The translations under genes were made by a program, and so were the position numbers. A DNA stretch of 64,000 nt from Chthonomonadaceae bacterium (GTDB taxonomy: Bacteria > Armatimonadota > Chthonomonadetes > Chthonomonadales > Chthonomonadaceae): positions 1 through 64,000 of the forward strand of contig DASRGZ010000119.1 in NCBI GenBank assembly GCA_035650735.1. Reading direction: 5' to 3'. Under the pieces are notes generated by a model, which saw only the letters and a list, made by a program, of their open reading frames with translations, did no database searches and was not told where the DNA came from. This document shows positions 31,595-40,593 of this stretch, one piece after another. Within the stretch, counting starts at the first letter, position 1; the number at the start of each line of letters is the position of its first letter.

Positions 31595-32320
31595 ATGTCC
31601 GTGAAACCCGTTCAGGCTCTGTTCTTTGACTTGGACGAAACACTGCTCGATGGCAGCGGCCTCCAGGATTCGATCCTACGTACTTGCGGGAAGATTGCTA
31701 CGAGTCAGCCCGGGCTGGATGCGACTCGGCTGGTAGAGGCAAACAGTGAGGTCTGGCGAGGCTACTGGCCGGAGGTAGAGGACAATTGGACGCTTGGGAC
31801 GCTGGACGGCGCATCCGTGAGCCTCGAAGCATGGCGTCGCACGCTTCGAGCCTGCGGTTGCCATGACGAGTCCCTGGCGTGGTTCGCGTCGCAGACTCAT
31901 GGGCTGTTTGGGCGCGAGGCATATCGTCTGTTCGACGACGTACGAGAGCTATTCACCTCAGTGAAGGAGGCTCGCATTCCACTTGCACTCATCACGAATG
32001 GGGCTTCCGATACGCAGCGCGACAAGCTACGCGCTCTAGACTTAGAGCACTGGTTTGATGTCGTCGTTATCTCCGGCGAAGCTGGCCTCGCGAAACCCGA
32101 TCCAATCGCCTTTGGCTTAGCCCTCGATAAGCTCGCTGTTGAGCCGAAGAACGTGTGGCACGTTGGCGACAGCCTCACAACCGACGTTGCCGGGGCGAAA
32201 ATGGCCGGCCTTACTGCAATCTGGCTGAATCGACGTCGACTACCTCGTAGGGAAGGCGACCCAGAGCCAGACGTCGAGATTTACTCGTTATTAGATCTCA
32301 CAGCCTTGCTGCTAGAGTGA
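31595..32320 (+). CDS. HAD family hydrolase
   Basis: FDLDETL, ITNG, KPDP, HVGDSLTTDVAGA. Confidence 0.92.
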   Translation: MSVKPVQALFFDLDETLLDGSGLQDSILRTCGKIATSQPGLDATRLVEANSEVWRGYWPEVEDNWTLGTLDGASVSLEAWRRTLRACGCHDESLAWFASQTHGLFGREAYRLFDDVRELFTSVKEARIPLALITNGASDTQRDKLRALDLEHWFDVVVISGEAGLAKPDPIAFGLALDKLAVEPKNVWHVGDSLTTDVAGAKMAGLTAIWLNRRRLPRREGDPEPDVEIYSLLDLTALLLE

Positions 32321-32438
32321 GCCAGCGTGCCCCTGGAGCCACAATTGAGATGTCTGCGTAATGAGCGTTTGCAGCGCGCAGATCCAGGCACTCCATGCCA
32401 GCCCCTACGACCAGCACAAGGCGATCGGATTTGGTGGG

Positions 32439-35264
32439 ATGATGAGGAAAGCGGCCGGGAAGCTCAAAGCCGTCCTGTTAAGCAGCCTGACGTGCACTAT
32501 CCTGGTGTTGCTGCCGTCGGTGAGTGGCGCGGGGGGCGCGCGAACGAACATGGAATCTGCGGTGGTGCAGCGTCGGCAGAACCGCGCGGGACCGCCGACG
32601 CTCGGATTGGAGCAGGGAACCATTGCTCTGGAAACGCCGGATTTCACGCTCAAGCTGGTCCGCGCGTCGCAGACGGTGGCAGCCTTGCAGCCCAAAGGCG
32701 CCGGGGGCTTCGACTTCACTCCCGCCGACCAGCTCCCGAACCGCGCGAGCAACGGCTACCACCATCTCGGCGATCTAGTGTTTCGTGTCCGCCGCGGCAG
32801 TTCTGGCGCGTGGCAGGACTTTGATACGGCGCGCGCACGCCGGCCCGTGCGGACGCTGCCGGTTTCCGGCAGCACGCTCGCCGCCGCCGATCTCGCGCCC
32901 ACGCTTCCCTCCGACTGTCCGCTCCGCGTAAGGCGAAGCTGGAGAGTCGAATCGGACCGGCTCGTGCTTCGGTTCACTCTCGTGAACAAAACGGAGGGTG
33001 CGATCCAGATCGGGGCGCTTGGTATCCCTGTAATCTTCAACAACATCCTGACCGGCCGCTCGCTAAAGCAGGCGCACGAGACCTGTTCGTTCTTTGATCC
33101 CTACATCGGCCAGGATGCGGGCTACTTGCAGGTGACGCGGCTCAACGGTCACGGGCCGGCCCTCGTCATCGTGCCCGAGGGCGCCACCTCGTTCGAAGCC
33201 TATCAGCCTCTCACCGAGCCGACGCGGCCCAGTCAGACCTTCGAGGGCGCCTTCGCCTGGATGGTCCATAGCCGGGCTTACGCGGAGAACGAGTGGCGCG
33301 GCGCCGACCCGTGGAACCCGCCGACCCTGACCACGCTCGCGCCAGGAGCCTCGATTACCTATGGGCTCCGGTTCCTCCTCTCCGATTCGATTCGCGATAT
33401 CGAGAAGACCCTGGCCGCCAACCACCGGCCTGTCGCGGTCGGGATTCCCGGCTACGTCCTGCCGATGGACCTCGACGGCAAGTTGTTCCTCCACTATCCG
33501 AGCCGGGTCGCCGACCTGGAAGTCACTCCGAAGGACGCCATCGCCGTCCACGGGGAGAAGCCCACGCGCGGCGGCTGGCGGGCCTACACGCTGCGAGGCA
33601 GGACGTGGGGCCGGGCACGCCTCACCGTCCTGTACGCGGATGGGACCCGGCAGTCGCTCCACTACTATGTCATCAAGCCCGCGGCGCAGGCCGTCGCTGA
33701 CCTCGGCCGCTTCCTGGCGACCCGGCAGTGGTTCGCGGACCCGCAGGACCCCTTTCACCGCAGTCCCTCTGTCATGAGCTATGACCGCGAAGCGGATCGG
33801 ATCGTTACCCAGGACAGCCGCGTCTGGATCGCGGGACTGGGCGATGAGGCCGGCTCTGGCTCCTGGCTCGCCGCCGCCATGAAGGAGTTCGCGCAGCCCA
33901 ACGCGCAGGAACTGGCCCGCTATGAGCAGTTTGTGGATCGGGTGCTCTGGGGCGGCATCCAGTACAAGGACGGCCCGAATCGCTACGGCGTCCGCAAGAG
34001 CCTGTTCTATTACGATCCCGCCGCGATGCCCGGCTATCCCTACGATCCCTCCCTCAACTGGCGCACCTGGACAAGCTGGAACAAAGCGGCCTCCGAGGAC
34101 ATCGGGCGCGGCTACAACTACCCGCACGTTGTCGCTGCCTACTGGGCACTGTACCGTATCGCCCGCAACGCCCCGGGTCTGGTCAAGAAGCACCCGTGGG
34201 ACTGGTATCTCAACCAGGCGTACGAGACGACCCGGTTCGCGTTCAGCCGGGATGCGCAGGGGAATCGCCGCATCGGCTATGTGGAGCTTGGGCTGATGGA
34301 GGGCGACATCTTTCTGGCGCTGCTCGAAGACCTGAAGCGCGAGGGCTGGTCGGCGAAGGCCGCCGCTATCGAAGCGCTGATGAAGGAGCGTGCCGAGCGC
34401 TGGAACCGGGAAGAGTATCCGTTCGGCAGCGAGATGGCGTGGGACTCGACCGGCCAGGAAGAGGTCTATGCGTGGTGCAGGTATTTCGGCTACGAAGAGA
34501 AAGCGCAGGTCACGCTCGATGCGATCCTCGGCTACATGCCGACCGTGCCGCACTGGGGCTATAACGGGAACGCCCGCCGTTACTGGGATTTCCTCTACGG
34601 CGGCAAGCTGACCCGCATCGAGCGGCAGCTTCACCACTACGGCTCGGGCCTGAACGCGATACCCGTCCTCGCCGAATACCGTCGGCACCCGGATGACTTC
34701 TATCTCCTGCGCGTCGGCTACGGTGGCCTTATGGGCGCGCTGACCAACATAGACCGGGAAGGCTTCGCCTCCGCCGCCTTCCACTCCTTTCCCTCGACGC
34801 TCAAGTGGGACGCCTACTCCGGCGATTATGGGCCCAACTTCTTCGGGCACGTCTACAATACGGCCACCTACATCCTCGACCATCCGGAGTTCGGCTGGCA
34901 GGCGTTCGGCGGCAACGTGGCAACGGAGGGCGAGTGGGTGAAGGTGCGAACGCTCGACTCGCTGCGCAGGCGTGTCTATGTGGCCCCGCTCGGTCTGTGG
35001 CTAACGCTCGATTCCGGCCGTTTCGAGGGGATCGAGATCAACAAGCGGACGGCAGCCGTGCGCCTCGGCCTTGCCGGCGCGACGCCCTTTGAATCGCGGG
35101 CGCTCCTGCGTGTCGAGCAGCCAGCGAAAGGGAACCAGTTCACATCCTACGTTCCAGAGGGAAGGCTGGCGTCGGAGCGGGGCGCCTACGTGGTGCCGCT
35201 CGGAGCCGAAACGACCTGGGTCACGCTCACCCGCGTGCGGCCCGCCATGCAAGACTCACGTTAA
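32439..35264 (+). CDS. DUF5695-like putative glycoside hydrolase
   Basis: FGSEMAWDSTGQE, HWGYNGNARRYWDF, ERQLHHYGSGLN, SGDYGPNFFGH; start uncertain. Confidence 0.75.
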   Translation: MMRKAAGKLKAVLLSSLTCTILVLLPSVSGAGGARTNMESAVVQRRQNRAGPPTLGLEQGTIALETPDFTLKLVRASQTVAALQPKGAGGFDFTPADQLPNRASNGYHHLGDLVFRVRRGSSGAWQDFDTARARRPVRTLPVSGSTLAAADLAPTLPSDCPLRVRRSWRVESDRLVLRFTLVNKTEGAIQIGALGIPVIFNNILTGRSLKQAHETCSFFDPYIGQDAGYLQVTRLNGHGPALVIVPEGATSFEAYQPLTEPTRPSQTFEGAFAWMVHSRAYAENEWRGADPWNPPTLTTLAPGASITYGLRFLLSDSIRDIEKTLAANHRPVAVGIPGYVLPMDLDGKLFLHYPSRVADLEVTPKDAIAVHGEKPTRGGWRAYTLRGRTWGRARLTVLYADGTRQSLHYYVIKPAAQAVADLGRFLATRQWFADPQDPFHRSPSVMSYDREADRIVTQDSRVWIAGLGDEAGSGSWLAAAMKEFAQPNAQELARYEQFVDRVLWGGIQYKDGPNRYGVRKSLFYYDPAAMPGYPYDPSLNWRTWTSWNKAASEDIGRGYNYPHVVAAYWALYRIARNAPGLVKKHPWDWYLNQAYETTRFAFSRDAQGNRRIGYVELGLMEGDIFLALLEDLKREGWSAKAAAIEALMKERAERWNREEYPFGSEMAWDSTGQEEVYAWCRYFGYEEKAQVTLDAILGYMPTVPHWGYNGNARRYWDFLYGGKLTRIERQLHHYGSGLNAIPVLAEYRRHPDDFYLLRVGYGGLMGALTNIDREGFASAAFHSFPSTLKWDAYSGDYGPNFFGHVYNTATYILDHPEFGWQAFGGNVATEGEWVKVRTLDSLRRRVYVAPLGLWLTLDSGRFEGIEINKRTAAVRLGLAGATPFESRALLRVEQPAKGNQFTSYVPEGRLASERGAYVVPLGAETTWVTLTRVRPAMQDSR

Positions 35265-35351
35265 GCCCGTGACCGGTGTGCAGGGTGCCTTTGGCCTGCC
35301 ATTCACCCGTTCTGATTGGCTCATAGTTGTAGCATAATATATAGCTATAGC

Positions 35352-35468
35352 ATCGGACGCTTGAAGGTGTTCAATATTTTCTCCGAACGCTTCCGACGAT
35401 TTCGGTAGCGTTTCGGCTTACATTTCAACCTCATCGCCGTCATCTGCAACCTAGAACGCGGCGAGTAG
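35352..35468 (+). pseudogene. IS5-family (DDE_Tnp_4/ISL2-like) transposase C-terminal remnant
   Basis: IGRLKVFNIFSERFRRFR*RFGLHFNLIAVICNLE with an internal stop. Confidence 0.65.
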
Positions 35469-35495
35469 ACTTATGTAGGATATTAATAGAATTCC

Positions 35496-35717
35496 ATGGC
35501 AGGCAATTTCACAATCATATACGAGCCGGGGGAGAATGGGTGGTGGATCGCCACTATCCCGGAGGTGCCTGGCGCTTTTTCGCAGGGCCGGACGAAGGAG
35601 GAGGCTCGGACAATGGCGCTGGACGCTCTTCAGGAGCTAATGGCGGCGAGACGTGATCTGGCGTTGCGCAACCGTAGCTCGGAATCAGAAGTTGAGCCAC
35701 TGCTACTCTCTGGCTGA
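35496..35717 (+). CDS. hicB: HicB-family antitoxin (short form)
   Basis: WIATIPEVPGAFSQGRTKEEARTMALDAL. Confidence 0.88.
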   Translation: MAGNFTIIYEPGENGWWIATIPEVPGAFSQGRTKEEARTMALDALQELMAARRDLALRNRSSESEVEPLLLSG

Positions 35718-35727
35718 CGTCCTGCCC

Positions 35728-35982
35728 TTAGAACGGCGAGGGAATCCCGAGGTCCTTGCAGATCTTGAGGACGAGGAATCGGTCGATTTGCGTGTGGCGG
35801 GGCACCGCTACTGTCGTGTTGTTGGCGGGCCTGTGTCATTATCAAGGTGATTCGCGACAGCATGGGGGTACCGGTACTGTCGTGTTGTTGGCGGGATTGA
35901 TGTAGATCGAGTGATTGCCGCCCTGACGTAATAAGACGCAGCCGTTGGCGTGCAGGTGTGCGATCAACTTCCGGCGCTTCAT
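35728..35982 (-). pseudogene. hicA: HicA-family toxin interrupted by a 66-bp duplication/insertion
   Basis: MKRRKLIAHLHANGCVLLRQGGNHSIY...VPRHTQID...ICKDLGIP; in-frame TGA-TAA-TGA at 35836-35844. Confidence 0.85.
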
Positions 35983-36245
35983 TCCGCCTCCTCCTCATGG
36001 TCTAATAGGTCTATTTCCAGGTGTCGGAAAGGCCGCTTGAGCTCACGCGATGAGATATCCTTTGGAATGCGTAGCTCGGCCAAACGACCCCGTTCCAAGA
36101 AGTAACGGAGCACGAGCAGGTTCCCGCTAGGATCGGAGGCCGGCTGCGAAGAATCCGATCCACCCTCCTGCTGTTTACGTGTTTGCGTTCCTGAGTCGTC
36201 CTTTGGTGAAGCAGGTCGCGTCCGCCTGCTATTGGATCGAGGTAC
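35979..36245 (-). pseudogene. 5'-truncated gene fragment upstream of hicA
   Basis: Open frame ...LRYFLERGRLAELRIPKDISSRELKRPFRHLEIDLLDHEEEAE* with ATGA overlap to hicA; cut off at the IS end. Confidence 0.5.
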
Positions 36246-36247
36246 TA

Positions 36248-36701
36248 AAGCCTATCTGACAAATCGAGTGTGAAAACCGTATTATCCTGACGGAGGTACG
36301 TTTTTCATGGCTCGTGGTGATTTGACTGACGCTCAATGGGAGCGTCTTCGGCCCTTGTTGCCTCCTGAACCTTCGGGGAAGCGGGGCCATCCCTATGCAG
36401 ACACGGGCTACAGCACCTCTGGCTGTCGAACGCTTCTGGGCCAGAGGGGGATCAAACATCTGAATCCCGGAACGTGACGACCAGATTAAGAACCGTCGCA
36501 AGAGAGGACGCGCAGGCGGACGCCCGGTGGTCTTTGTCAAAGAGCGATATGCCACGCGCAACGTGGTAGAACGCTGCATCTTACGGCTCAACCAGTGGCG
36601 CAGAGTGGCGACCCGCTACGACAAACGAGCCGACAACTACTTGGCCTTTGACCTTGGCGGCGATAATCCTCTGGTTACGATGAGATTTGTCAGATAGGCT
36701 T
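36248..36701 (+). mobile_element. internally deleted IS5-family (IS427-like) element, 454 bp
   Basis: Perfect terminal IR AAGCCTATCTGACAAATC flanked by TA; MARGDLTDAQWERLRPLLP N-terminus fused to YATRNVVERC...VATRYDKRA C-terminus. Confidence 0.9.
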
Positions 36702-36703
36702 TA

Positions 36704-37508
36704 GTTCCCTCCGCCGGGACGGACAACGCGCTCTATCGGCTCGGCGAGGACATGGTCGTGCGATTGCCCCGCATCCACTGGGCCACCGAGCAGGCCGAGA
36801 AGGAGCACCTGTGGCTGCCGAGACTTGCCCCGCACCTGCCGCTTTCCATCCCGATCCCCCTCGCGAAGGGGACACCTGCCGAGGGCTACCCCTGGTATTG
36901 GTCCATCTATCGGTGGCTCGAAGGCGAGAACGCGACCCTTGAGCGCCTCGCCGATCCAGGCCAAGCAGCGACGGACCTGGCACGATTCGTCGCCGCCCTG
37001 CACCGGATCGATCCGACGGGCGGGCCTCCTCCCGGAGCGCAACTCCTTTCGCGGGGTGCCGCTGGCAAGCCGAGACGCGCCTACCCGCGCCGCAATCGCA
37101 AGCCTGGACGGCATGCTCGATACCGCCGCCGTGACTGCCGCGTGGGAAGCCGCCCTCCAGGCGCCGGCGTGGGATGGCCCGCCCGTCTGGATCCACGGAG
37201 ACCTGTCCTCTGGGAACCTGCTGGTCGTACAGGGCAGGCTCAGCGCCGTCATAGACTTCGGCTGTCTCGGGGTGGGCGATCCCGCCTGCGACTTGATGAT
37301 CGCCTGGACGCTTTTCTCCGGCGAAAGCCGGGATGTGTTCCGCGCCGCGCTGTCGGTGGAGGAAGCGACCTGGGCGCGCGGTCGTGGCTGGGCCTTGTCC
37401 TGGGCGCTGATCTTCATCCCGTACTACCTGGACACCAACCCTGTAGGCATCGGCGAGGCGCGACGCACTATCGCTGAAGTCCTCGCCGATCATAAGCGTG
37501 CCGCATGA
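36704..37508 (+). pseudogene. APH-family phosphotransferase, 5'-truncated and frameshifted
   Basis: SAGTDNALYRLGEDMVVRLPR in one frame; HGDLSSGN...IDFGCLGVGDPACD in another; shift near 37040. Confidence 0.85.
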
Positions 37509-37583
37509 CACAGCCGGTCGCCCGTTGGCTGCCGGGTCGCGCCCGGATGCGAGCGAGTGGGGCCGGAATGAGGAGCAGACAAG

Positions 37584-38729
37584 ATGGATGAAGGGGTTAC
37601 CCGCCGCGATTTCCTGCGCGCGACCGGCGGCATCGCGATGTTCGCGCGGATGCAGCCCCGCGGCGCAGCGGCCCAACGTCACGAGATAGACACTCTGCTG
37701 GAGCCAATTCGCCGCAAGCACGATCTGCCTGCCCTGGCCGGAGCCGTCGTCTATGAGGGCAGGACCGCCGCCGTCGGAGCGGTCGGATTCCGTAAGGACG
37801 GCGACCCGACGCGCGTCACCGAAAGCGATCAGTTCCACCTCGGCTCGAACACCAAATCCATGACCGCCACGGTTGCCGCGATGCTCGTGGAGCAGGGAAA
37901 ACTCCGCTGGGAGACCACCATCGCCCAGGTCTTTCCGGAGCTTAAGGAGGCGATGCGGCCTGAATATCGCGCCGTCACCCTGGAGATGCTGCTCTCGCAT
38001 TACAGCGGGTTCCCCAATAACAGCGCGCCGCCCGGCAAAACGCTGCTCGATGTCCACCGTCTACCCGGCACGCCCCGCGAGCAGCGCCGCGCCTATGTCG
38101 AAATGTATCTGAAGGAGCCGCCCGAAGCCGAGCCTGGCACGAAATACATCTACTCCAACGCCGGCTACGCGATGGCCGGCGCGATGATGGAGAAGGTCAC
38201 CGATGCGCCCTGGGAGCAGTTGATGCAGCGCCGCCTGTTCCGGCCCCTGGGCATGACGACGGCCGGTTACGGCGCGATGGGCACGCCCGGCAAAGTAGAT
38301 CAGCCCTGGCAGCATCGGGTGGAGGGCAAGAGGCGCATTCCTATCGGCCCCGGCCCCCTGAGCGACAACCCGGTCGCTATCGCCCCGGCGGGCTTAGTTC
38401 ACTGCTCAATGGGCGACTGGGCGAAGTACATCACGGCCCATGTGCGCGGCGAGAAGGAGGGCGGGTTGGTGACGCCAGAGACCTTCCGGCGGCTGCACAC
38501 GCCTCCGTTCGGCGGCGACTATGCGCTGGGCTGGCTTGTCACGGAGCGCGACTGGGGAGGCGGCAGGGTGCTGACCCATGCGGGCAGCAATACACAGAAC
38601 TTCGCCGTCGTCTGGCTGGCCCCGCTGCGTAACTTCGCAGTCCTCGCCGCCACGAACCAGGGCGGCCAGGAGGCCGAGCAGGCGTGCGATGAGGTCTGCG
38701 CCGCGCTGATCGGCCAGTTTCTAAGGTGA
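37584..38729 (+). CDS. serine hydrolase (beta-lactamase class C-like fold) with Tat signal
   Basis: TRRDFLR; SNTK (SxxK), YSN, HAGS. Confidence 0.9.
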   Translation: MDEGVTRRDFLRATGGIAMFARMQPRGAAAQRHEIDTLLEPIRRKHDLPALAGAVVYEGRTAAVGAVGFRKDGDPTRVTESDQFHLGSNTKSMTATVAAMLVEQGKLRWETTIAQVFPELKEAMRPEYRAVTLEMLLSHYSGFPNNSAPPGKTLLDVHRLPGTPREQRRAYVEMYLKEPPEAEPGTKYIYSNAGYAMAGAMMEKVTDAPWEQLMQRRLFRPLGMTTAGYGAMGTPGKVDQPWQHRVEGKRRIPIGPGPLSDNPVAIAPAGLVHCSMGDWAKYITAHVRGEKEGGLVTPETFRRLHTPPFGGDYALGWLVTERDWGGGRVLTHAGSNTQNFAVVWLAPLRNFAVLAATNQGGQEAEQACDEVCAALIGQFLR

Positions 38730-38765
38730 GGTCGTCTGCATCCTGGCGCGACAGAAGAGGATAGC

Positions 38766-39422
38766 ATGAACTCAGAACCGTACGTTGCGGCGCCCTCGGA
38801 GGGCCGGACCGCGCCCGGCGTCCTCGTCCTCCATGCGTGGTGGGGTCTCAACGACACGTTCCGCGGCGTCTGCGACCGACTCGCCGCGGAAGGGTTCGTC
38901 GCGCTCGCGCCGGATATCTACGGCGATGGCGTCATCGCTACGACGGTCGAGGATGCCGAGGCGCACATGAGGGCCGCTTCGGATAGCGCAATGCGCGAAC
39001 GGGTCGAATGGGCGCTCGATGCATTGCTCGCGCATCCGGCTGTCGTGGGGCGTTCGGTCGGCGTCATTGGCTTCTCGTTGGGCGCCGCGTTCGCCCTCTG
39101 GCTGAGCCGGCGCCGCCCGGAGGTCGGCGCCGTCGTCACATTCTATGGCACAGACGGCGGTTCCGGCGACTATGCGCCCTCGCACGCGGCCTATCTCGGG
39201 CACTACGCGCCCGGCGACGAATGGGAGCCGGATGAGGCGGTCACCGCGACCGAGGAGGTGATCCGGGCCGGCGGCCGCTCCGTGGCGATCCACCGTTACG
39301 CGGGAACCCGGCACTGGTTCTTTGAGCTGGACCGCCCGGAGTTCGATCCGGACGTGGCCGATCTGGCGTGGAAGCGGACGATTGCGTTCCTGCGCGAGAA
39401 CCTCGGCCCGCGCGGGGCCTGA
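38766..39422 (+). CDS. dienelactone hydrolase family protein
   Basis: LHAWWGLN, GFSLG, D and HWF catalytic positions. Confidence 0.9.
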   Translation: MNSEPYVAAPSEGRTAPGVLVLHAWWGLNDTFRGVCDRLAAEGFVALAPDIYGDGVIATTVEDAEAHMRAASDSAMRERVEWALDALLAHPAVVGRSVGVIGFSLGAAFALWLSRRRPEVGAVVTFYGTDGGSGDYAPSHAAYLGHYAPGDEWEPDEAVTATEEVIRAGGRSVAIHRYAGTRHWFFELDRPEFDPDVADLAWKRTIAFLRENLGPRGA

Positions 39423-39566
39423 CAACCGCGGGGGTGGGCGGCTGGGATGGTTCCAGTCGTCACGAATCAGGCGAGCAGGAAGAGAATCGTGTCTATTCCC
39501 CGCACCCGCTTCCACCTTTACGCCAACGGCCAATAGCAGTTCCCAAGAAAGGTGCAACCAGAAAAA

Positions 39567-40493
39567 ATGCAGAACGAGCTGGATCCCTCCGTGGAAGCGC
39601 TCCTACTATCCCACTTTCCGGTGGGTACGCGGGTTATCGCGGCTCAATCCTATCGCCCGGATTACCTGCCTTATCCCATGCGCGTGCATCTGCAAACGCC
39701 CTCCGATGGCCTCCACCGCTGCGCCATCAAGATCGGTCGGCGCGACCTCATCGAGCGAGAAATCCAGGCATTACGTATCCTGGCACGCCTAAATCTACCC
39801 GTACCGGAGGCGCTTTCCGAACCCATTGCCTTGCCCTCCGAAGAGCGCGCTATGGTGGTTTTGAGTGAGTTGCCGGGACATTCTCTGCCCTGGTGCGGCA
39901 CGACGTCATTGGCGGAGGCCGATTTGACTTGTCGCTTGGTGCTGGAAGGAATTGCGCGTTTGCATCAACTCACCGACAGCATTTTGGAGTGGGGTGCAGC
40001 CACGGCCTTTCCCCAACACACGCTGCTTGAAGAACACGCGGCCCTCATCGCAGAAGCAGGCGAATGGATGGGCGTGAGCCTGTTCCGGCGCGCTGTAGAG
40101 AGGGTGGGGGAAGCGCTTTCCGAGGTAGACGCTCCGTTGGTTTTCTCCAATGGAGACTATAACCCTCTTAACTTCCTCTACGATGGACACGCCCTCTGCG
40201 GCTTTGTGGACTTTGAAGGCGCCTGCTTTGAGAACCCGCATATTGGCTTTGCCAAGTTCCTGATCTGGAGCACGGATGAGTATGGATGGGGAACCGGGAA
40301 AAAGGTGGGTCTGGTGGAACGCTATCTGTATACGCGGAATGTGTCGCGTCGTGAGTTCGCTCCCATTCTGGTGTTACGTTGTCTGTCCCATCTGATCCGA
40401 GAAGTCTCTCTGGAAGACGACAAAGACGCACGGGATCGAGAGCATAGGCTGCAACTTATTGAAGAGGGCTTGCAGACCCTCCAGAGCAGGTGA
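39567..40493 (+). CDS. APH/choline-kinase-like phosphotransferase
   Basis: AIK...E, NGDYNPLN, VDFE; start uncertain. Confidence 0.8.
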   Translation: MQNELDPSVEALLLSHFPVGTRVIAAQSYRPDYLPYPMRVHLQTPSDGLHRCAIKIGRRDLIEREIQALRILARLNLPVPEALSEPIALPSEERAMVVLSELPGHSLPWCGTTSLAEADLTCRLVLEGIARLHQLTDSILEWGAATAFPQHTLLEEHAALIAEAGEWMGVSLFRRAVERVGEALSEVDAPLVFSNGDYNPLNFLYDGHALCGFVDFEGACFENPHIGFAKFLIWSTDEYGWGTGKKVGLVERYLYTRNVSRREFAPILVLRCLSHLIREVSLEDDKDARDREHRLQLIEEGLQTLQSR

Positions 40494-40593
40494 GCAGGGA
40501 CATTCTGCTCAGTCGGAACAACGTGATTTCGCCAACGGTTTCCCGAGCGAAGCGTAAGCGTCTGTTACATTAACATAAATGGGTGAGATTACT

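Noticed and set aside
35830..35874. dif/Xer site within the hicA insert
   Set aside because: Only a weak resemblance to XerC/XerD arms
36704..40493. Antibiotic-resistance island (APH, beta-lactamase)
   Set aside because: Only broad-family motifs; one APH is broken and the serine hydrolase has no specific resistance signature
31490..40560. Integron cassette array (GTTAGGC near 31510, run of accessory genes)
   Set aside because: No consistent RYYYAAC...GTTRRRY attC pairs after the genes and no integrase
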